Shown here: positions 58,031-64,000 of the stretch, one piece after another | Layout: each line of letters starts with the position of its first letter | Position numbering within the stretch: position 1 is the stretch's first letter | From: Dehalococcoidia bacterium | Lineage (GTDB): Bacteria; Chloroflexota; Dehalococcoidia; SM23-28-2 | NCBI GenBank assembly: GCA_034429995.1 | Contig: DAOUEZ010000033.1 | Coordinates: 22,294 to 86,293, forward strand | DNA: 64,000 nucleotides | Direction of reading: 5' to 3' | Translations under genes and position numbers: made by a program | Notes under the pieces: model-generated | The model's database searches: none | What the model was told of the DNA's origin: nothing | What the model saw: the letters and a program-made list of their open reading frames with translations, nothing else

Positions 58031-59104
58031 ATGGACAAACTACGGGTAGGATTCATTGGGGCAGGAAGAATAGCCGACCTGCACGCCCTCGTTTACCGGG
58101 ACAACCCCGAGGCCGAGATCTATGCCGTCTGCGATAGCCAGGAGGAGGTGGCCCGTCAGCGAGCGCAGGAGTGGGGAGCGCAAAGGTGGCTCAATGACTA
58201 CAGCGAGCTTCTCCGCGACGAGGCCCTGGATGCGGTGGAAATCCTCACGCCGCACCATCTCCACGCCGAGATGACCATCGCCGCCCTGGAGGCAGGCAAA
58301 GACGTCTCTCTCCAGAAGCCGCCAGCCGTCAACCTCGGTGAGGTCGACGCCATGATCGCCGCCGCCCAGCGCTCGGGTAAGCTGTTTCGGGTCTGCGAGA
58401 ACTTCCGCTATTATCCCCCCTACGTCAAGGCGAAGAAGCTGCTGGACGAGGGGGCCATCGGCGAGCCCCTGTCCATCCGGGTGAAGGTCATCGACGGCTC
58501 GCCTCAGTTCGGCTGGCCTGTCCCTCCTGAGGCCTGGCGCTGGCGTCTGACTGAGGCCGAATGCGGCGGTGGGCCAGCCATCTTTGACCACGGCTACCAC
58601 ATTTTCTCTATAGTGATGTACTTCCTCGGGCCAGTGGAGAAGGTCTTCGCCTGGATCGAGTGGCGGGACGTGGGACAGGGGCTGGTGGCCGATATCCCAG
58701 CCATGATCGTCTGGAAGCACCGCCAGGGGATGCGCTACGGCTCCTGGGAGACCGTGGGCTCAGCCGAACTGATGGTGCGCTCTGAATTCTATGCTAACGA
58801 CGAGTGGGTGGAGATCACGGGTAGCAAGGGCGTGATCTGGATCAACCGCTGTTCGGGGATGATGCTGGAAGGGCCGCCGCTGGTGCTCTATCGGGATGGC
58901 CAGACGAGGTCCTTCCACACGGTGGAGTCCGACTGGGGCGTGAGCTTTGTTCACGCCGGTCGAGACTTTCTGGCCGCTATCAGGGAGGGGCGCCAGTGCT
59001 CCCTCAGCGGCGGCGAGGCGCGAGAGATCCTTCAATTCTCCCTGGCTGCCCACCGCTCGGCGCGGGAGGGGCGGCAGGTGTGTCCGGAGGAGGTGACCGC
59101 CTAG
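58031..59104 (+). CDS. Gfo/Idh/MocA-family NAD(P)-dependent oxidoreductase.
   Basis: 'LRVGFIGAGRIADLHA' Rossmann N-terminus. C-terminal alpha/beta domain typical of the family. Confidence 0.8.
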   Translation: MDKLRVGFIGAGRIADLHALVYRDNPEAEIYAVCDSQEEVARQRAQEWGAQRWLNDYSELLRDEALDAVEILTPHHLHAEMTIAALEAGKDVSLQKPPAVNLGEVDAMIAAAQRSGKLFRVCENFRYYPPYVKAKKLLDEGAIGEPLSIRVKVIDGSPQFGWPVPPEAWRWRLTEAECGGGPAIFDHGYHIFSIVMYFLGPVEKVFAWIEWRDVGQGLVADIPAMIVWKHRQGMRYGSWETVGSAELMVRSEFYANDEWVEITGSKGVIWINRCSGMMLEGPPLVLYRDGQTRSFHTVESDWGVSFVHAGRDFLAAIREGRQCSLSGGEAREILQFSLAAHRSAREGRQVCPEEVTA

Positions 59105-59335
59105 CCCGACGGGGCGTGCTTGTGCCTGTCGGCGAGGGCCAGAGCGTCACGCCTCGGGGCAGGGTAACACGTGCGCTATCGCATAGGAAGGGAGAGCTGA
59201 GATGAAGGCCGCGTGTTTTGCTCGGTCATTCGGGAGGGTTTGGGCTGTGGGCGCGTCAGCCGTCTCTGCTCCCCGGGCGGGCGGTGTGCCCATCGTCCGG
59301 ACCCACTGCGGCGACGTTCACGGGCTGGTGGCTCG

Positions 59336-60709
59336 CTACTCGCCCAGGCGGCGGTTGTAGTTCTCTATGATGTCGTTGGCTTCGGCGGCTGCATCGTCGA
59401 GGGCCTCGATGGGGTCTTTCGAACCCACCACCGTCTCCTCCATAGCGGTGGCGACGACCTCTCGCACGTCCCTCATAGGGCCAAGAAGCGGGCCGAGAGA
59501 CTCTTGGGTCGATGGCGTCTCCAGGAAGAGGTCAACGGGGAGGCGAAAGAGCGGATACTCAGCTATGGCGTTCTCGGCCGCCGGCAGGTCGTAGGCAGAG
59601 ACTCGCACTGGTAGGTACCCGCTGCCAGCGAACCATTCGGCCTGCTGCTCGGGTTCCAGAAGCCACTTGATGAACTCCCAGGCCGCCTCCTGCTCCCCCT
59701 CGGGACGGCCCTTCAGGATCCAGAGGCTCCGGCCGTATACTCCCGGCAAGCCTGTCCCGCCGGGGACGCCGGGCAGACCGACCACCCCCGGCTCCACGTT
59801 CAGTCCCCCGCGCTCCAGAACGTCCACCACCGAACGCAGGGCTGATGAGGCGCTCAAGCTCATAGTGGCTCGACCGGTTCCCATCGCCAGGAGGGCATCG
59901 GCATAACTGGGGTTACGACCGACGTTGATGGCTAGCCCCTCCTCAATCATTTCGTGCCACCAGCGGAAGAAGGCCTGCCCTGCTGGACCGTCGAAGAGAA
60001 CCTCGGTGGCTCGTCCCTGGCGGCCGTTGCTGTTGTTCACATAGAAGTCGCCGTGCTCCGCCAGGGCCACGTCAAGGTACCAAGGGTTGATGTCGAGGGC
60101 AACGCCAGCGCGGAGGATGTTGCCGTGGCTGTCCTGCTTCACCAGCTTTCGGGAAAATTCTCGCACCTCCTCCAGATCCTTGGGTGGCTGCTCGGGATCG
60201 AGCCCTACCTCGCTGAAATCCAGCTTGTTGTAGTAGAGCAAAGGGACGACAATGCCGAAGGGCATCCCGTAGAGCTGACCGTCCACGGTGTAGTACTGTA
60301 TCGACTTCTCATCGAAGTCGGAAAGGTCGTAGTCCTCACGGTCGATGAACTCCTGCACCGGCCTTGCGGCCCCGCTGTCGACGAGTTTCTGAGTGTCGAC
60401 CTCGGCCAGATAGATGAGGGCTGGCACGTCCCCCGAGCTCAGAAAGGCCGTGAGCTTGAGCATCGTTTCCTCGTCGTTTCCCTGGAAAGCCATCTTGACC
60501 TTAACCTCGTCCTGCTCGGAGTTGAAACGGCGTGCCAGTCCCTGGATGGCATCCAGGTTGCTGGCCACCTCGGAGTGCCAGAAGCTGATCTCCACCGGCC
60601 CCGCCGCCGGTGTCGCACTGCCTTCTGGCTCTGCTTCCTCCTCACCACCACAGGTGGCCACGCTTGCTGCAACAATGAGCAGCATCAGGAAAATCAGAGC
60701 CTTCTTCAT
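59336..60709 (-). CDS. Second copy of the carbohydrate ABC substrate-binding lipoprotein; no adjacent permeases or ATPase.
   Basis: Same length and near-identical N-terminus ('MKKALIFLMLLIVAASVATCGG') as 34910..36283; ~85-90% amino-acid identity. DNA ~90% identical to copy 1 from ~59270 to ~60908. Confidence 0.8.
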   Translation of the reverse strand: MKKALIFLMLLIVAASVATCGGEEEAEPEGSATPAAGPVEISFWHSEVASNLDAIQGLARRFNSEQDEVKVKMAFQGNDEETMLKLTAFLSSGDVPALIYLAEVDTQKLVDSGAARPVQEFIDREDYDLSDFDEKSIQYYTVDGQLYGMPFGIVVPLLYYNKLDFSEVGLDPEQPPKDLEEVREFSRKLVKQDSHGNILRAGVALDINPWYLDVALAEHGDFYVNNSNGRQGRATEVLFDGPAGQAFFRWWHEMIEEGLAINVGRNPSYADALLAMGTGRATMSLSASSALRSVVDVLERGGLNVEPGVVGLPGVPGGTGLPGVYGRSLWILKGRPEGEQEAAWEFIKWLLEPEQQAEWFAGSGYLPVRVSAYDLPAAENAIAEYPLFRLPVDLFLETPSTQESLGPLLGPMRDVREVVATAMEETVVGSKDPIEALDDAAAEANDIIENYNRRLGE

Positions 60710-60724
60710 GGCTATCCCTCCGCT

Positions 60725-60949
60725 CTAGCCCTTGAGGGCACCAGCGGTGAAGCCCCTCACCAGCTGGCGCTGGAACAGGACGAGCAAGATCAGTATTGGC
60801 AGCGCCGAGATGACTGTCGCTGCCATGGTTATATTGAACGTGTCGACCTCGCGACCGCGCAGAGCGGCCAGACCGATCTGCACCGTGCGCATGTTGTCCT
60901 CGTTGGTCACTGCGCCCGCCTTATTCCAGTTCCTGCTCCTCGAACACAA
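60725..60949 (-). pseudogene. 3'-terminal remnant (C-terminal ~65 aa) of a MalG-like permease gene, duplicated from 36299..36520.
   Basis: 'VTNEDNMRTVQIGLAALRGREVDTFNITMAATVISALPILILLVLFQRQLVRGFTAGALKG' is nearly identical to the C-terminus of 36299..37168. Homology stops abruptly at ~60908, where the Liv-type SBP 3' end begins. Confidence 0.6.
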
Positions 60950-62222
60950 GTAGTGGGCCGAAGTACTCCCACCTGCCCTTCCCGTCCTCCACGACAGCCC
61001 TCAGCATCCTGCCGTCCTCCAGGCCCCTGTGGTCAGTGTCGGAGAAGGAGACATTCACTTCGTCTATGAACAAGTCGCTGTGAAAGTCCTTAATCGACTC
61101 CAGGGCGTCCATGAGCCCCTCTCGCGTCAGGTTATCGCAGGTTCTGCTGAGGGCCTCCACTGCCACTTCTGCCACCGTCTGGGCATAGACGGTGAAGTTG
61201 GTGGGGCTGGGCCCGCCGTACTCGCGCATGAGCCGGTAGTGCTCGGCCACGGCCGGCTCGTCAGTCCAGGCCGCCAGCTTGAGGGCCTGGAGGCTAATGG
61301 TACCTTCCAGGAGCTCAGGCGAGACGAACTGAAACATCATTTCGTCGGAATTGTTGTAGCTCAGCATCCACTGGGGATGCCAGCCCAGGCGGTCGGCCTG
61401 TTTGATGGCCTGAGAGGTGAAGCCGGGAGTGGCGACGGTAGTGACCACCTCAGCGCCGGAGTTCTTCATGTTGGTGACTTGGGAGCTGATGGAGACCGCC
61501 GCGAACTCGAAGCTCTGCTCGGAGACGATCTCGTTCTTGTCCGGGTCCAGGCCGTCCTTCACACCTTGCAGGTGGTCGAAGCCCAGGGTGATGTTCGGAT
61601 AGAGGACGGCCACCTTCTTACCAGGCAGGTTCTCAGAGATGTACTGGCCGAAGAATACCCCCTCGATCCCGCAACTGGGGATCATCTGGACCGTCCAGGG
61701 GTGCCCCTCGGGGTCGGTGCCGAACATGTGAGACCCGGCGGACAGCAGGATGTCGGGCACTTCATTTTCGTTCAGGTAGTCCCAAGTGGCGGGATGGGTT
61801 TCATCTCCCAAGGAGCCAACCATGGCGAACACCTTGTCCTGCTCCACCAGCTTCCGCACGACCTCCATGGCCTTAGCCGGGTCGTCGTTGTTGTCCTCCA
61901 CCTTGTAGACGATCTTGCGCCCGCAGACGCCCCCCTGGGTGTCGTTGATGTAGTTGAAGTAGGCTCCTGTGGCCTTGGGAATCGTGGCGTAGACCGCCCC
62001 CATGGCACCGCTAAGGGGTACATCGGCTCCCAGGAGTATCTCTGTGTCCGTGATGCCCGGCACCTCTGCCACGGCGGTAGGAGTAGCGGCCGCCGTGGCT
62101 GTGAGCGTGCCGCCAGGGGTAGGTGTCGCCTCCTCTTCTTCATCTCCGCAGGCCACTGCCAGTACCAGCAGCAGCGCTGCTAGGGCTAGGAAGATCGGCC
62201 AGAATTTGCCTAGCCTCCGCAC
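60921..62222 (-). CDS. Second copy of the Leu/Ile/Val-type ABC substrate-binding lipoprotein.
   Basis: 'MRRLGKFWPIFLALAALLLVLAVAC' + acidic linker. ~80% identity to 20098..21396 over the full length. Confidence 0.7.
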   Translation of the reverse strand: MRRLGKFWPIFLALAALLLVLAVACGDEEEEATPTPGGTLTATAAATPTAVAEVPGITDTEILLGADVPLSGAMGAVYATIPKATGAYFNYINDTQGGVCGRKIVYKVEDNNDDPAKAMEVVRKLVEQDKVFAMVGSLGDETHPATWDYLNENEVPDILLSAGSHMFGTDPEGHPWTVQMIPSCGIEGVFFGQYISENLPGKKVAVLYPNITLGFDHLQGVKDGLDPDKNEIVSEQSFEFAAVSISSQVTNMKNSGAEVVTTVATPGFTSQAIKQADRLGWHPQWMLSYNNSDEMMFQFVSPELLEGTISLQALKLAAWTDEPAVAEHYRLMREYGGPSPTNFTVYAQTVAEVAVEALSRTCDNLTREGLMDALESIKDFHSDLFIDEVNVSFSDTDHRGLEDGRMLRAVVEDGKGRWEYFGPLLVFEEQELE

Positions 62223-62410
62223 GGCTGCATCAGCCCCCTTTCTTCATCCCCTTGTTCTCAGCATGCTGGACAGTCGAGTTAGCCCCATCCTACTCACAGG
62301 CGCGAGGGTTGGCAAGGACGTAGGGATGTCCAGCTGCGCCGCTATTCGCCCTGGATCGACTGGCGGGACCGGCCTAGGCGTCTCGTTAGCAAACGGCAAG
62401 CAAATGATAA

Positions 62411-62620
62411 GGCCCCCAAGGAGGAACGCACCGTGAGGGGGCCTTTTCCGTATCTAGAGCCTGGAGAGCGGGATGGGTTTCGAACGCGTCACTGCCGAAT
62501 TGTCAATCAGGGCGTGATGGCCGCAGGGACCCCGTGGGCGGTAGCCCGCAGCCTCAAGGCTGGCCCAGATACCTGAGCCTGTCAACTCTTCAGATACAGA
62601 TGAGGTCTTGGCACGCGGCG
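62411..62620 (-). repeat. Copy D of the conserved noncoding element family, including a stable GC hairpin (62411-62446, 'GGCCCCC...GGGGGCC' + TTTT on the plus strand) and a degenerate T-arm/acceptor-CCA.
   Basis: Minus strand '...GTGACGCGTTCGAAACCCATCCCGCTCTCCAGGCTCTAGATACGGAAAAGGCCCCC' is shared with copy B. Core 'ttgtcaatcagggcg' and the 'ggctggcccagatacctgagcctgtcaactct' block are shared with A and C. Confidence 0.45.
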
Positions 62621-62637
62621 GGTTAGAGGCCTATGCC

Positions 62638-63267
62638 TTACCCAAGGGCGCCCGCCTGGGTCGTGCGAAGGAAGTTCTCATAGAGGCGAAGGCCAGACTC
62701 GGCGCTCTTCTCCGGATGGAACTGGGTGGCCACGATATTGTCCTTGGCCACAACAGCGGGGAAGGTGACACCATAATCGGTCTCGCCTACCACAATCGAA
62801 GGGTCCTCAGGCTGGGCATAGTAGCTGTGAACGAAGTAGAAGAAGGCACCGTCAGAGATGCCCTCGAAGATGGGGTGGGAGCAACGCTGTCCCACACTAT
62901 TCCAGCCCATGTGGGGCACCTTCAGACCGTCAGGGAGCCGCCGTACCCGTCCTGGCAGAATGCCCAGACAGGGGTGCTCACCGCCCTCCTCGCTCACCGA
63001 GAACAAGACCTGAAGCCCCATACAGACCCCCAGGAAGGGCCGACCGCTGGCGATGTACTCACGGATGGGCTCCACCAGGTGCCGCTGGGCCAGGTTGCTC
63101 ATGGTGTCCGCGGCGGCTCCTACCCCGGGCACGATCACGGCGTCGGCACTGTCTACTGCCCTGGGCTCGGAGGTCACCAACGGGTCGAAGCCCAGCCGCG
63201 CCAGCGCTATGGCCACGCTGCGCAGATTGCCTGCTCCGTAGTCGACGACGATGAGCTTCATATTCAT
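62638..63267 (-). CDS. hisH: Imidazole glycerol phosphate synthase glutamine amidotransferase subunit.
   Basis: 'KLIVVDYGAGNLRSV', 'GVCMGLQ' catalytic Cys, and a C-terminal His/Glu region; class I GATase of HisH type. Confidence 0.85.
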   Translation of the reverse strand: MNMKLIVVDYGAGNLRSVAIALARLGFDPLVTSEPRAVDSADAVIVPGVGAAADTMSNLAQRHLVEPIREYIASGRPFLGVCMGLQVLFSVSEEGGEHPCLGILPGRVRRLPDGLKVPHMGWNSVGQRCSHPIFEGISDGAFFYFVHSYYAQPEDPSIVVGETDYGVTFPAVVAKDNIVATQFHPEKSAESGLRLYENFLRTTQAGALG

Positions 63268-63394
63268 CCTTGTTCCAGAGTGTACTGTATCAGCCCAGCT
63301 ATGCGACAGCCGAACACCCCCGCTCGCTATCGCACCAGCGGGCGGGTGCTCCGCTAGAGACTCGTCATTGCACTCTCACCAGGGAGCGCAGATT

Positions 63395-63604
63395 CTAAAC
63401 ATCGAAGTAAAGATAGAACTCCCACGGGTGGGGGCGCAGCCGCACGGGGTCCAGCTCGTGCTGTCGCTTGTACTCCAGCCAGACCTCCAGGACATCGCTG
63501 GTGAACACGCCGTCCTTCAGAAGGAACTCGTGGCCCTCTTCTAGGGCACGCAGGGCTTCCTCCAGCGAGCCGGGGACGGTGGCGATGGTGCACTTTGGAC
63601 GCCT
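63395..63604 (-). pseudogene. C-terminal remnant (~55 aa) of a glutamine synthetase (GlnA) gene, without start or upstream body.
   Basis: Minus-frame translation '...IATVPGSLEEALRALEEGHEFLLKDGVFTSDVLEVWLEYKRQHELDPVRLRPHPWEFYLYFDV*' matches the conserved GS-I C-terminus (VPGSLEEAL...DHEFL...GVFT...W...K...PHPxEFxLYxDV). In-frame TAG ~70 codons upstream. An MFS gene on the opposite strand begins at 63678. Confidence 0.5.
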
Positions 63605-63677
63605 CCCTTGGGGGAAGTCAGCAACAGCAGCCGGGGTCGGTTTGGCCTAAGGGCGGGCGACAGGTATTATCTAGCGG

Positions 63678-64000
63678 GACTGAGAGTATGGAGCGGCGAA
63701 CTGCTGCGCTGGTTCGGGCAGTGCCTTTCTTCTACGGCTGGTGGGTGGTCATCGCCGCGGGCACCATCATACTCATCGCCAGTGTCGCGCCGCTATACCT
63801 TTTCAGCACCCTAGTCGACCCCCTGGAAGACGAGTTTGGCTGGTCGCGAGCGGCTATCGGCGCCGGCCCCTCCATCGCCGCAGTCATGGCGGGACTGACT
63901 ATGCCTGTCGCTGGCTATCTGGTGGACCGTGTCGGTGCGCGCCGTCTGCTGCTGGCGGGCGTGACGCTAGTGGGTGGTGGCTTTCTGGCCATGAGCCAGA
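63678..64000 (+). CDS. MFS transporter, N-terminal part (runs off the window).
   Basis: 'MERRTAALVRAVPFFYGWWVVIAAGTIILIAS...DEFGWS...AGYLVDRVGARRLLLAGV' TM1-TM2 with the MFS 'G-x-L-x-D-R-x-G-x-R' motif. No stop before the window end. Confidence 0.5.

Overview
High-GC (~65%) bacterial chromosomal window, about 57 features (mostly CDS), with two conspicuous low-GC islands at ~7.7-8.5 kb and ~50.8-52.5 kb. Phylum not determinable from the sequence; PT-rich linkers, F420/Mvh-type redox modules and a hopanoid locus are compatible with Chloroflexota or Actinomycetota. Recognisable content, in order:

(1) 0.1-10.1 kb: a secreted pectin-acetylesterase-family esterase, an HpcH-aldolase/Ldh_2-dehydrogenase pair, two LarA-like (nickel-pincer racemase family) paralogs, a large secreted YVTN beta-propeller protein with a degenerate class-A beta-lactamase-like domain, and an enoyl-CoA hydratase.

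(2) 10.6-20.0 kb: a contiguous hopanoid biosynthesis operon hpnC-hpnD-hpnE-ispH-polyprenyl synthase-hpnH-hpnG-shc, in which IspH carries a C-terminal YjbQ/UPF0047 domain.

(3) 20.1-24.0 kb: a Liv-type solute-binding protein, hemolysin-III channel, glycine-rich RRM protein, and a PT-linker surface protein.

(4) 24.2-31.1 kb: a cobalamin-dependent modular methyltransferase system (corrinoid protein, MetH-type homocysteine-binding methyltransferase domain, RACo-type reductive activator, two URO-D/MtaA-family methyltransferases, an alpha/beta hydrolase).

(5) 31.3-39.3 kb: a galactoside utilisation operon (ABC ATPase, two permeases, SBP, galK, alpha-galactosidase).

(6) 39.6-42.5 kb: a GT-C (ArnT/PMT-like) membrane glycosyltransferase fused to PA14 domains, flanked by copies of a repeated noncoding element.

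(7) 43.0-47.6 kb: FdhB(F420-type)-FdhA(Cys-type Mo/W formate dehydrogenase)-MvhD-radical SAM operon.

(8) 48-59 kb: methyltransferases, two IlvD/EDD-family dehydratases, a TPP enzyme, a Gfo/Idh/MocA oxidoreductase, and a degraded second corrinoid-protein/MtaA-like pair.

(9) 59.3-62.2 kb: a mosaic of diverged segmental duplications of genes found earlier in the same window (sugar SBP + permease remnant + Liv-type SBP).

(10) 62.6-64.0 kb: hisH, a glnA C-terminal remnant, and the start of an MFS transporter.

Most unusual: a four-copy family of ~130-170 nt intergenic elements (39.45, 42.65, 51.2, 62.5 kb), all in the same orientation. Read on the minus strand, copies A, B and D end in a tRNA-like T-arm/acceptor/CCA; C lacks this part. 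None folds as a canonical tRNA. They coincide with the boundaries of the glycosyltransferase gene, the low-GC island and the duplication mosaic. No CRISPR array, rRNA or confidently foldable canonical tRNA was seen.
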